In this document: piece after piece, positions 12,780-24,555 of the stretch
How positions within the stretch are numbered: the first letter of the stretch is position 1
Layout: each line of letters begins with the position of its first letter
DNA from: Chlorokybus atmophyticus
Lineage: Eukaryota; Plantae; Mesostigma and Chlorokybus algae
Direction of reading: 5' to 3'
Length of the DNA stretch: 64,000 nt
Assembly: GCA_009103225.1 (NCBI GenBank)
Contig: RHPI01002368.1
Span: forward strand, 525,397 to 589,396
Made by a program: the position numbers and the translations under genes
The notes under the pieces: model-generated
The model's database searches: none
What the model saw: only the letters and a program-made list of their open reading frames with translations
What the model was told of the DNA's origin: nothing

Positions 12780-13506
12780 ACATCATGAAAGTCTTTATCA
12801 ACTACTTAAGGCACCTTTCGTTTGTAAGCTTAATAATTGCAAGCTCATGTTTCGTGTTCGATGCTGCAGGAACGCCACACTATTCTGCATTCAGCAGCAC
12901 AAAAAGACACATCTATGTCTTTACCCAAAATCAAAACCAAGCAGCAGCTGGTGGAGGAGCGATTGCTCTTCTTGTTTCCCAAGCCGAGTTTCGGAGACAC
13001 TCTGCACATGGTCTTTCTTTTGCGCTGGGTTAATCTTCCAGGTTCACAGGCCATTTTATAGGAGCCCGAAATGTACAAGGACATATGAGACTACCTCATC
13101 AGTCGACACAATGCCATTTAAAATAGTAAGTTTGAGTTGCGCGATTGCAAGCTTCTCCAAGATTAAGCATAGCATAGCATAACCCACCTTGTGTTTAATA
13201 GTGGATGACCACGGTGAAGTTAGAGCTAGCTTGGCTAGCGAGTACGTCATATTGGAGCATCATCTGCAATGTCCCTCAGATTCAGCAGAGGGTCAGCTCA
13301 CCCAGGTTACAGCGCTCACACATGGACCATCAGCATCGCAAACAGCGTCGCATTCAATAGTAGAGAACCAGCCAGGAGGGGAGGCAGATAGCCAACAGCA
13401 CAAGCTAGAACTTAACAGAGAGCTGGTGAAAGACCCGTTCGAAAGCCAGCCAGACAGCTAGCTAGCCAGTCAGCTAGCAGAGCAGGGAAAACTCATCACA
13501 CGTACC

Positions 13507-13800
13507 CACTGCTGTGTTCCCCTCTGCAACATGCTCTTAAACCTGGAAAAGGAAAAGCCCACAGTGTGCGATGAAGAAGAGTGTTGCCGCCGTAATTACC
13601 ATCTGTGCTACACGCGATACTCAGGTGTTGAAGAGGCCATAGGAGCTCTCGGCCCAGACCACCTTGACAAGGCACACAAGGGAGGCTTGCAATCTCGGGT
13701 TCAATCCGTGCAGAAGGCAGGGAAAACGGTGGGATTGTTGAATGTTTTGGGCTACAACATGTGCAAGACTGCCAACAGTTGCTCAGAATGCGCGGGTCTA
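13507..13800 (+). pseudogene. Degenerate PHD-like zinc finger (part of the fusion gene)
   Basis: CVPLC-x14-CDEEEC-CRRNYHLC-...-CSEC in ORF 13531-13854 and its upstream in-frame extension. This is a C4-H-C3 ligand order with H-x-C shortened by one residue. Confidence 0.55.
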
Positions 13801-14299
13801 CTGAAGCCTTGGGCAGATCAGTCTCCTCTCAGGAATATGTTGCTTAGTCAGTGAAGCAAAGCTGCATACAAAACAGAACATGTATGCTAAGGTAGCTTCT
13901 TTGCAGCCTTGTACATAGCTACATTCTATGTGTGGATGCGCTGTCAACATGCATCATACATGCGATAGACCGTAGCTTTTGTGACCTTGTTGTACAGCAT
14001 GTTGCCACTGCCTTTCTCTCTGTGTTGTCTGAGCTCAACTAATACTCAACACATGATTTAATGATGCAAGAACAACATACAAAGATTGTTGTTCTTATAT
14101 TGATCTTTCGCAAGCATGATGCAAACTACAGTTGCATCTTCTATTGGCAAATTTCTGACGACTGATCAATGATAAATTTGACAAATGGATGGCCACAGTC
14201 ACATCTTATGTGAATGTAAACCCTTGCCCTGAATATGCTCAATTACTGCATGAGCGGTGTATATGTAAGTATTGTGCTTTGCGAGACACAGCAGGTCTC

Positions 14300-17200
14300 C
14301 TCTGTCTTGTTTGTGACATGACTATATACATGCATAATTCGAGCAATTCTGTCCACTATTTGTCCCCCTTGAGCGTGCGACAACCCATCACTGCGCTCAA
14401 CGCGCGTGGTGCGCTCTCCTCCTCGCCCAAAAGCAATGGTAGTGGGATCTGCTCCACGCATGATGGTCTCCCCTGTGCGCTCAGCTTGCTGACCTCGCGG
14501 GATAGCCTGAGTGACGTCAAGGACGCGCAACGTAGCTGCTGTGGCAGCGGACTCAACGATGGCACTGGCAGTAGTTGCAATAGTGCTGGTCAGTGGCGCG
14601 AAAGTGGTCTCAACGCTCGCTGACACAGGTGGTCCTGCAGCTGGAGCGGGACCGGTGCAATCTACTGCTGCAGAGTTGGTGATAGCAGTGGCTGTCGCCA
14701 TCGTGCTCACCTGTGTTGGCGTCACGGTGCCCACTGATGTACAACCTCCTGGTGCAACTGGAGTAGTTGCTGCTGACGTTGACGGAGTCAACGTCAGCGG
14801 AAACTACTCGTCGTAGCCGGTGTGGCTGTTGCTGCTGATGCAGCACCACTGATGGCTTCAAAGGAGGTAGCTACTAACGATGTTGCAGCTTCCCCTCGTG
14901 CTCGTTGGGATGTTTGAACGCGTGAGTGCTCGTGTCCCTCGTGCGCTTCGGAGCCATCAGTGCCCATTGGGCAGAGTAGCAGGCGCGGTAGTCCTGCTCC
15001 TTGTCTTCCTCCAAGCGTGCCATACGCGCCACGAGGGCAGCAATATGCTCATCAGCTGGCGGGTTGACTGAAGCCTTGGCGGCAACAGCAGCAGCGCGCG
15101 GACGTCCTTCCAATCCCTTGCGCTGAGGAGGACAATTCTTCCCCCTGTAGCCTTGCTCTTCCTTGCGAGTTGGCGTAGTTGTTGTTGTTGTTATAGTGTC
15201 CGGTGTGGTTGCTATTGTAGCCACCAGCGTTGTTGCCATTGTGGCCTCCAGTGTTATTGCTGTTGTAGCCACTAGGCTTGTTGCCGTTGTGGCCTATAAT
15301 GTTGCTGCTGTTGTAGCCACCCGAGTAGTTGTTGCTATAATTGTTGACAGGTTCCAACTCAGGGAACTTGAGCCAGCAGATTGACTCCAAGTGGCCCGTC
15401 TTGTGACATGGTCGCAGACAAGGACTGAGTATTCTTTGGTGCACTCCTTTTGGTAGTGACCATGCCGTCCACAGCGATGACACAGCACAGGGGCAGGCAA
15501 GTAAGCATGGGCTGACCGTTTCCCTTTATCGCGTGCTAGTGAAGCGTCATGGCCACGCTCGCGGCAAGGAGGCTCAGTAGTTGTGCCGGCTACAGGTCGA
15601 GAGAGTATGAGGCACTGCGATTGGTGTCCAGCACTGCCTTTTCATACACCAAGCGCTTGTGGATGGCTTGTGCGGTCTCGAAAGCTTCCTTGAGCTTGTA
15701 GCCAAGGGGCCTGCTGTAGTGCCAGGTTAGGCGTGTCGACTCGCTCAGAGTGGCATCCAACTAATTGACATGGACCACTGCAGCAGCCTCATCACTGACA
15801 ATCTTATAGTCAGTGTCCTTCAACAGCCCTTTTAGTCTGGAGTACAGGCGTAGAGGGTCCTCGTTGGGCTGCGTCGAAACCGTCTCAGCTCCTCCACTTT
15901 GCTGGTGGTCTGAAGTGGGAAGGTGCGACGAAGTGCAACATATAGGTCCTTGAGTGGATAGTCAAAGATGGCAGCACTTACGGTGATGGCTGGTGCGCGC
16001 AGTGCAAGTGACCGGAGGGTGAAAGCACTGCCTCCCGCACGAGAGCCAGGTGTTGCCAGAGGTAGAGGTGTGCCCACCTCAACGGCCCTCTTGGTCTCAA
16101 TCCCTACAGGGGTCAGGTTGACGATTACCAACTCAAGCTCCTCCACCTCTGCCCTGTTGATGGCTGCAGCGATGGACAAGCGTAACTGCAGCGGGAGTGG
16201 GGGCCAGGTGGAAAAATGGCTGCTGGACTGTGCAATGACGCAGATGCTATGGTGCTGGCGAGCTCATCGTAGCCATCAACTCGATGCAATTCAGCAACAG
16301 ACTTCCAAACATCGTGTGCTTCATGGTCAAGATACCGAGCAGTCATTCGAAAGAAATCCCATCTGACCAATCGTTGTTCTTCGGAGCTTGCTGTCGCATC
16401 TTGGATTAGAACTTGGTGATGAATTTGTTTAGCGAGGTAGTACCAGCACATCCGGAGAAGAGCAAGGATGTGGTTGAGCTTGAAGACTCCATCTCATAGT
16501 CGTCATTGTCGGGCGATAGTGGGGAGGCTAGATGGCTAGGTGTAGACTGGAACGGAGTGAAGCCGGAGACAGAACGCGAGCCTCTGCTGCTGCGATTGTT
16601 GCTCCCGCCGCTGGTCCGCTTGTAGGTGAGATTGAAGGTTGGGCTCTGTCACGCCCACAGGGCAGGCAAAAGTCATTCTCTGTCCCTTACTTATGTGGTA
16701 AGTAAGATGAGACCAAGTGGGGACCTACACTACGCAAGCGTGTGTAGTGCTTGTGGGTGTGCTCTCATGTAGGTCTGCTCTAGAGCCTGTGCGGCCTTGA
16801 GCATGATGAACTACACAAGGCATGATGGCAAGCACAGGGCTGATCATAGCCGATGAGACATCATGTAATGTACAGAGACATATGTGTGCATATGTCCGCA
16901 TGTGTATGCATGTGTTTGCATATGTGTGCACATGTACGCATATGAGTGCATATGCGTGTATGAGAGGTATGTACTAGATGTATGCATGTATGTGCATGCA
17001 TGCGCATATGTGTGCATATGTGCGCATATGTATGCATATGTATGCATGAGTATGATGTCCTAGGCTGATGTGACCAGCCAAGGACGTTCACAACGTCCAA
17101 GGATGATGTGTGTGATGTCCTAGGCTGATGTGACCAGCCTAGGGACGTTTACAATGTCCAAGGCTGATGTGTGATCAGTCTTGGGCGTTGAAAGAGGTCC

Positions 17201-17950
17201 AAGGGCTGATGTGGCAGCCCTAGAGATGAGGTGTGGTCAATGCAGCCATGACAAGGCATGTAGCCTTGGACTTGGATGTTCTAGGTCGGAGTGCAGCAAA
17301 GAGCGGGTATATGAACGGCCTCAACATGTGTTGAGGCAGCTCAACATGTGCATACTCAACTCTTGGGTGTGGGGTGGCTAGTTTAGTTGTTCAAGGGGCT
17401 CTCCCTCTCATCCCATGTGGGGTGTGATGTCCGTGGCAGCTTTGCACATGTGTGTGAGGTGTGCTTGAGTGTGTGAGTGTGTGGGAGCTGAGTAGAGGTT
17501 GATGTCATCCTCTCCTTCCTTGGTGCGGTGCTGTGACTTCCTCTGCAAGGTACTGCACCAGTGACGCTGGTAGGGCTTCCAGTAGTAAGTCCTTGTGCTT
17601 GTGCATAAGTTTGCCAAGCCGCCCAGCAAGTAAGTGAGTGGTATCGTTATAGGCTCGAGCTGCTGATGTCACCCTTGTCTATTGGAGAGAACGAGGTGGG
17701 CCTGCTCATACAGCTAGTCCACAGGTGAAAGTGTATGCAGGGTAGATTGCTTGTGCTATACCGTCTGTCTTGATGCTGCTACCAATCACCACACTAGTGC
17801 TTGTGTGCGCACTATGTGATGACAGTGATAACGAATGCACGGAGATGTATCCCAAGGTACAGACTGCACTATCCGACGCAGAGTTTGACGCACTCACTTG
17901 AGCAAAGAGGATGACACCGTGAGTAAACAAGCCACTACGATAGGTAGTGC
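14300..17950 (-). mobile_element. Retrotransposon gag remnant with two zinc knuckles, interrupted by a solo LTR
   Basis: CHRCGRHGHYQKEC (about 15440-15485) and PCHKTGHLESICW (about 15375-15410). Gag-like FDYPLKDLYVALRRTFPLQTTSKVEELRRF. Asn/Gly-rich and Thr/Ala-rich linkers. Broken frames. Confidence 0.65.
16647..17651 (+). mobile_element. Solo LTR with 5-bp target-site duplication GGCTC
   Basis: Starts TGTCACGCC and ends GGTATCGTTATA. GGCTC lies at 16642-16646 and 17652-17656. Homologous to 60767-61717 and (inverted) 22103-22915. Contains an internal 60-61 bp tandem repeat at about 17052-17172. Confidence 0.85.
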
Positions 17951-18499
17951 TGCATACATAGTTCTTTGCATGAGTGGATGATGTATTACTCTGTTAAGCG
18001 AGGTGAATGAACAAGCAACTCAGAGATAATATGTTCTCACTGATGCAGCAAACACACCACCGCCAAGCTCATAGTAATAATAAGCACAGTGCACAAGAGC
18101 ATACATAATGACTCACGTGGTAAGGCAATCGTTAGCAATCGGGACAGTGTGCTTCAAGTTTAAGTCGCTTCACAAGCTCTTAACGTCAGAGTCTCTTCTC
18201 TTAGTATTGACTCGCAGTAGTCATCAGCGAGTCTAGTGACATGACTTCCTACTTATACATGTCAAACCGTGACTGTGCAGTGCCACGCGGGCACAAAGCC
18301 AACGGTCACATCGAGACGCCGTATGTTACTATGGAAATGTCCTAAGACTCGATATAGCACATGAGCTGATAATAGATTCCTAACTGATCAGCTACCCGCT
18401 GTTCCTACAAAGTGGTCTATTGAGTAGCTCTAGCTACATGGAGTACGAAGTAGCTAGCAGTAGATTGGGGCGCGCGCGGTCTCCACGCTGGTAGCCCGG

Positions 18500-21400
18500 G
18501 CTTGGGGCTGAATGTAGGCATGCTTAAGGAGGACTGGCATGCGAGGGTAGTTGGCATGACAGTAGCAACTTGCGTACCCCACTTGTTTAAAATCGAGTGT
18601 TTTTACTCGATCACTTGGTCCCCAGCTTGGAGATCATTATCAAGTCGATATTGCCAGTCGGCATACGTTTTTCCTGTCTTGTGCTGCTCTTTGGCAGTCT
18701 TTTGCACTTGCCAATGTGGCATGCATGTTCTCTGTAAACTCTGTAGCCGTCGGCACTTTGCTGAACGACTTTACTTGTAAAAACATAGGTGTCAACACAT
18801 GACGGCCGTAGTTCAAGTACAACGGAGTGCTACGTAGCGACTCATGCCAAAATTGTTCATTGAAACACAGCCAGCGGCAAGTACACATCCTAGTCATCCA
18901 ACCTGGGTGACGTGTAGTGGCGCAGCACATCTTCTGGTACTTGATTGGCGCGCTCAATTCGGCCATCACTCTGCTGGTGCGGTTGGCACGATCGACTTGC
19001 CCTCACGATACCATAACCCTTTCTGACAAGTGATCTTTTTAGAAAGGGTTATATGCCTGCTTGAGCATCCCAACAAACCATGTGTCAAGTGCATAAGCAT
19101 TAGGCAAACGCCCGGCAATATCTTTCACATCAGTTGCCATAGGGTCCTCCCCACTTGGCGTGTAACTTGCCACTGGTGCTCCACTAGCATGCTTATAAGC
19201 GTTTTTGGCAAACCGCTGATCTCAGGCTCACGGTTTGCCATAAGTGTCTCATTGACAGCGCTTTCAAGCTCAGTTGGCAACTCGCAAGTACTGGCACTAG
19301 GCTCACTTGACTGTGCCCACCCTTGGCTTCGTGCACGTGTTGTCATTGCCAACAGCAATGGTGAACGGCTCAAAGAGTCTGCACGGCCACTCGCCCTGGT
19401 CTGTAGACCCAGGTATTGTTGAATCGCGACAAGTACTCAGCCCACCTCGCTTGTCTTCTCGACAAGGTTGGTTGGGTCTAAAAGAAGGCAAGGGGGTTGT
19501 AGTCGGCGATCACACTGAACCCGCTTTCCACCCCCTCTAAATAGCAATGCCACACTTGTAGCGCGTGAACCACCCCCATACAACAACTCTTGCTCAGTTG
19601 TTGTATGGTTTCTCTCAGCTGTAGAAAACTTCTTGCTGACATAAGCAAGGGGGTGCCCACTCTGGAGCAACACAGCACCAGTGCCTTTAATATGTCATCG
19701 CAAATTACCTCAAATGGCTTGGTAAAATCCGGCAACTGCCATACCCTATTTGCTTGCAATATGGCCTAGGCACTCAAGTTTCATCTTGCCAAATTCGCAC
19801 TTGAGCATGTAAGCATGTAAATAATGCGAACGCAACGTTTCCAACACCTCGCGCACATGCGCGCAGTGCATGTTAATGTCCTTGCTGAACACGAGTATAT
19901 CATCAAAATATACAAGCATTGCCTTGCCAACCAGCTTGTGAAAGACACAGTTCATTATAGCTTGAAAGGTGGCTGGCGCATTTGTCTGCCCCAAAGGCAG
20001 CACTTTGGACTGAATGTGGCCAAGCGGCGTACGAAACAATGTCTTTGGCACATCTTCTGAGGTGATACGTATCTGATGGTACCCACTGAGCAGGTCCAAA
20101 GAGCTGAACACCGAGGCTTCGCTCAATTGTTCAAGCAAATTATCTATCCTTAGCAGCGGATACCTATTCTTAATGGTCGTCTTATCTGAGGCCTAGTAGT
20201 CTACGCGCATGCGTAGCCGGCCATCCTTACTTTGGCACTCAAAGGATGGGTGCCCAAAAGGGAGAGCTACTTGGCTCAATCGATCTCTTTGCAAGCAAGG
20301 TCTTCATCTGCCCACCCATGTCCGCATACTTAGCTGGACTCAATCTATACACATGTATGAACGGAGGTTGCGCATCCGATTCAAGAGGGATTGTATGCCA
20401 TGTGTCCCTCTTCAATGGTAATTTAGGCAATTCAGCTTGAAACACATCAGCATACGCCGAGAGCAGACCTTATAAAGCTACGTCTTGCGGTTTGCCATGG
20501 GTGTCATCAGTTGCAGTGGTAGGGATGTCTGTGGCAAATGGCCGGACTAGCACCAGAAGGGGTTTTGCTCCATGGCGAACTGCCCTCTTCACCTGTAAAG
20601 CACTCAACAAACAATTTGAGACATCCGTTTCATATTTGTCATCACCTGCAGTGGGTACACCTTCGTGCCCATCTGCGCGCAAGGTCACACGACCTCGCCC
20701 TTTTCGTACACAGCAAAGTTTGGTGTCTGCGTCCGTGCGCAAGCCATATGCTTGCTTCAGATGGTTGCCAACACTAACATCCACGCCTGGCACCTCAACT
20801 AGGATGACCAGAACCTTGAGCTAAGCATAGTAACTCTGCACATGCACGGACAAGCGCACGACTCCTTGCACGGGGATTTCAAGCTTGTTCAAGGCGACAA
20901 CCGTGTTATCGCACTTGGTGACACAAATGTCTAAGCGCCGCACAAGAGACTCACTCATAAAGTTCTCTGGCGTGCCCGTGTCTATCATCAAGACGCACAG
21001 TACATGTGCTACTCATGCCTTGAACAGCCATGTCAAGTCCAAAGATCTTACTTAATGGATGGCAGGAGGGTTATAAATCACACGAGCAACCACCTTACCG
21101 CTTGACTTCACCAAAGAGCTGCATGCCCTTAACGATGCGAGTTCATAACCCGCTGCTGATGCTTAGGTACTATGATGCATGCACTCGTTTTGTGCTTGCT
21201 CTTGCTCTTGCAATCAACATAGTGCTTGAGCATGTTGAGCATCTCGCCAACAGGTGCCTCGATTGCATATAGCAAAACACATTTGCCCACACAATCGTGC
21301 TGCAAGATTTGAATGTCCACATGTATACCCAACACATTCTCCATCATAGAAACATTGCATGATTGGGGAAGGCGTGACAACAAGTCACTATAAGCACCCT

Positions 21401-21800
21401 GCTTATTAATGTCCATCGAGCAACGAGCCATTAGCAACCCCTGTTGCATGCATGGCTTCTTGCTCTCTTCATGCCCTTCGTACATGAGAACATGGCCCCG
21501 AGCACCATCCCCTTGAGCTTCACTGAGCTGAGCTTCGCGTCTACGCTTTCGGTCTCAAGTTGCATTAACCAATGCACCAACATGTCCCTCCCATGGAATC
21601 GGGCGGTCAACTCTGTCACTTGACACTTGCCGAGCTAAGTTGGCCTCATGTTGTCGCTGCAACCCTGTCAATTGCTCACACCATGTGGCAACCAAAGTGG
21701 ACAGCTGTTGAGTAGTCTTGGCAACGTCATCGTTCCAAGTTACTTCCTCACATGTTGCATGCTCTTGCTCAGCCGTTCCCACAATGGGTTGATCCAACAC
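18500..21800 (-). mobile_element. Ty3/gypsy retrotransposon remnant (gag end, insert domain, protease, RT, RNase H, integrase)
   Basis: LMIDTGT protease (about 20975-20995). RT motifs SSSPFWAPIL, LLSGYHQIRI, TNAPATFQ, VYFDDILVFS (19746-20445). RNase H PDFTKPFEVICD, AERNHTTTEQELL. Integrase STPLYLNYGRH. Order PR-RT-RH-INT. Confidence 0.92.
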
Positions 21801-22102
21801 CACACGGTGTGGTCACCGTAATAGATGCGCTCTCACGCACAAGCGCGCGTATGCGCAGCAACAAACAATGTGTTTGCAAGGCTATGCACGTGCAGCAAAT
21901 GCACACCATCAACGCATAAATCAGCGTGCAAACGGCCCACACCCAGCATGCAAGTGTGCATGCAGCTGCAACAATCAACTAGCACGCACAATCAGCATGA
22001 AAACACTGCCATGCATGCAAAGAATGCAACGCACACACCGTTCAGCAAGTGCACAAGCTGATGGGCAAGCATGCAAGGCTTGAAAACAAGCTCACAGTCA
22101 AA

Positions 22103-22915
22103 TGTAACGATACCACTATTCACTTGCTGGTCGGGGCTTGGCAAACTTATGCACAAGCACAAACGACTTATAGGGAAAGTCCAGCCAGCATCATGGTGCG
22201 GGGAACTGTTGCAGCAGCGCACCAAGGGAGGGAAGAGGATGACCATCAACCTCTCCACACGGTTTCAGCCCCAGACACACCCACGCCCAACACACCCAAA
22301 CTCACACCCCACCCCACACCCCACAAGGGATGAGGTGGAGAGCCCCTTAAACAGCTACTAGCCAGGCACCCCATACACAGATGGCCCTCAAGTGGTGAGC
22401 ACACTTTAATCCCTACTAAAGGTGGCTACCAAGCCTTTATACCACTTGCTGCTCTCCCAACCTGGCACATAGAATGTCCAAGGCCCTCAAAGCCTTGTCA
22501 CTGCGTGCTGATTTATCAGCACAAGCTAACCTTGTCAAAGACAGGACGTCAACCTCGGGAACATCAAACTCGCTCGCTTTTTCATATGAGTAACAACCCT
22601 ACCTTGATATTACAAACTTATGCTCACCTAGTATAGCAGTACTTGCGGATTGCCCACAGGCATCATTTAGCCTTGTGACTGCCACATATGTGGCATCGCA
22701 CTATTACAGTACAAACCCTGTGGTTTGCCAATTTGGCTCATGTTCTTGAAGCTGTCACCAAGCTGTCACCAAAACTTCCAAGAAGACATGGACTAACCGC
22801 ATGAACACAGTTGCCAAGTACTACACAACTTGACAACTGGAATCTTCATTTGGTTCTTCTCACTTACATAAATAAGGAACAGAAAATGACTTTGAGCAGC
22901 CTTATAGGCGTGACA
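22103..22915 (-). mobile_element. Third LTR copy, inverted, no TSD
   Basis: TGTAACGATACCACT at 22103 and GGCGTGACA ending at 22915. Aligns in reverse to 60767-61717. The flanks tcaaa and caggg differ. Confidence 0.8.
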
Positions 22916-22929
22916 CAGGGGAATGCCTA

Positions 22930-24300
22930 GTGTCTTCTCCATGTTCAGCTATGAGTCTGAGGCTTTGCAGAATGTGGTGGTGGATTCTTGAAGATCAGCA
23001 TAGGAGGGGGCGGTCAGACCAATATATGCCTCAGCATCATCAACATAACCGTATAGCGAAGCTCTTGATTCTGCTCCGGGCCACCTGGAGGGTTTGGGAG
23101 ACGCAGGCCGCAAATAGAAGGAGAAGAACGACTGATTGCACCTAAACATTCCATATTGAGGGTGAAGAGTGACAGTGCCTAGCGGATACCCTTGGTTGAC
23201 GCGTTGAAGGGCAAAAGATCTTGACAAGAAGCTGTTGATGCTGACTCTGCTCCTGCCTCCTCCAAGGTATGAATCCACGAACATAGACGAGCCGAAAACC
23301 TTAACCGAAGCAGCACTTTTTGCAAGAATCCCCAATGCAACCTATTGAAAGCTTTTACAACATCCAGGACAAGGAAAGCTGCTTGCTGTTCTGAGGTAGT
23401 GGCGTAGGTCATAGTGTCCATAGCAATGCGAAAATAATCCAGGATGTACCTGTGCGGTACAAAGCCAACCTGTGCCGGGTGGACACATTAACGGAGAAGA
23501 GGGCTATGCGGCTGGCGATGGCTTTGGCAAGAATTTTGCAGGAGCGGGAATAGGGTAATTAGCCTCCAATTCTTAAGAAAGCCCCTGTCACTCTTCTTGT
23601 AGAACAGGACAATCACACCTTCTTCCTGAGACATCCCCAATTTTTCAGAGTTCAAGACGTGCTCAGTAAGTGAGATAGGAGTCCGCGAGCATGGCCCAAA
23701 AGTGAAGCCAAAAGAGGAATGTGAGACCGTCTTTATCATCAGGAGCCTTGTCCGGGGACATAGCAGCAAGTGCCTCCTGCAGCTTTTTGCTGAAGAGGAA
23801 GTTTCAAGTCGGCTGCTTGCTGTGAACTGACGCGAGGGGAGAGTGCAGCTAGGCATCTAGCTGTTTCTGCCACCTTGTCTGCAGAGGATTTGAGTGTGGA
23901 TGTTTAAAGATGGTTGTAGTCAGCCTCAAACATGCTCTTGGGGTCCGTGATGGGGGTCGCAAACTTGAAGTGGTGGATTCATTCCAAGATCACGTGCATA
24001 TGATTTGAATAGCGTAGCAGACGTCCCCGTAAAAATACGTAAGTTGTCATGTGTTCCCCTTCAAGCCTCCATTTGCTAGCCATGCGAATGGATGCTTGCT
24101 CCATGGTGTGACAATGTACCTCCTTGACAGACACAAGGTGTTGGTGAGATGGTGGGTCGAGTTTAAAGGTGATGAGGCTAAGGCAAGCTCTGTGTGTGCA
24201 AGGTCTGCTTGAAGCTGTTGAAGCTTTGTAGTCCGCTGGCTGCTACATCTGTGGGTGTGTTGTCTGAAGATAGTTGCTGCCCTCTCCAGGAATTCCTTAG
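22930..24300 (-). mobile_element. L1/Tx1-like LINE ORF2 reverse transcriptase remnant
   Basis: KWRLEGEHMTTY, EGVIVLFYKKSDRGFLKNWRLITL, QVGFVP, LVLDVVKAFNRLHWGFL and YGYVDD motifs in order on the minus strand; frameshifted. Confidence 0.88.
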
Positions 24301-24467
24301 ACCGATAATGTAGGCGTGGGGGAGGAGGGAGTCATTGCGGAGTAGAGTTCCCACGCTGCACGCCTCAACAATGTTGATTTTCGTGTTTGTGTCTATATGG
24401 CCGCGAGGACTCCTCGGACTGAGAACACGCGCGCGGAAAAGGGGAAGGGGGGGTCGATATAGCACAT

Positions 24468-24555
24468 NNNNNNNNNNNNNNNNNNNNNNNNNNNNNNNNN
24501 NNNNNNNNNNNNNNNNNNNNNNNNNNNNNNNNNNNNNNNNNNNNNNNNNNNNNNN
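24468..24555. other. Assembly gap (N run)
   Basis: Run of N. Further gaps lie at 35805-35941, 46146-46711 and 53725-53734, with single Ns at 40827 and 58514. Confidence 1.

Larger units (their letters stand above)
8990..13854 (+). pseudogene. Multi-exon ParB-like / N4C-N6A DNA methyltransferase / PHD-like finger fusion gene, decayed
   Basis: One orientation throughout, with several plausible GT-AG introns (e.g. 9157-9230 joins in frame; about 11238-11320; 12110-12167; 12824-12869). Domain order: acidic N-terminus, ParB-like, MTase motif IV region, motif VIII-like, motif X-I, Cys/His finger. Many in-frame stops and frameshifts. Confidence 0.75.

Noticed and set aside
2050-14340. Terminal inverted repeats for the putative Sola-like element (e.g. 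GAGCAAAATTGCAAAC at 2101)
   Set aside because: No convincing reverse-complement partner found by eye near 5.8-8 kb or 13.9-14.3 kb; only an 8-bp chance match.
16844-17100. HMHTY/ACVC-type ORFs here and at 6.0-6.3, 7.5-7.8, 21.8-22.1, 43.3-44.2, 59.5-59.9 and 61.7-62.1 kb
   Set aside because: Products of CA/TG/CG-rich simple sequence typical of introns and intergenic DNA here; Cys/His richness is compositional.
17052-17172. Regularly spaced repeats suggestive of a CRISPR array
   Set aside because: Head-to-tail 60-61 bp units without unique spacers, inside an LTR, in a eukaryotic context with no cas genes.
14300-21800. Apparent permuted retrotransposon order pol - LTR - gag (one-LTR circle or tandem element)
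   Set aside because: The LTR at 16647-17651 has its own TSD (GGCTC) and the opposite orientation, so it is an independent solo insertion into the gag element.
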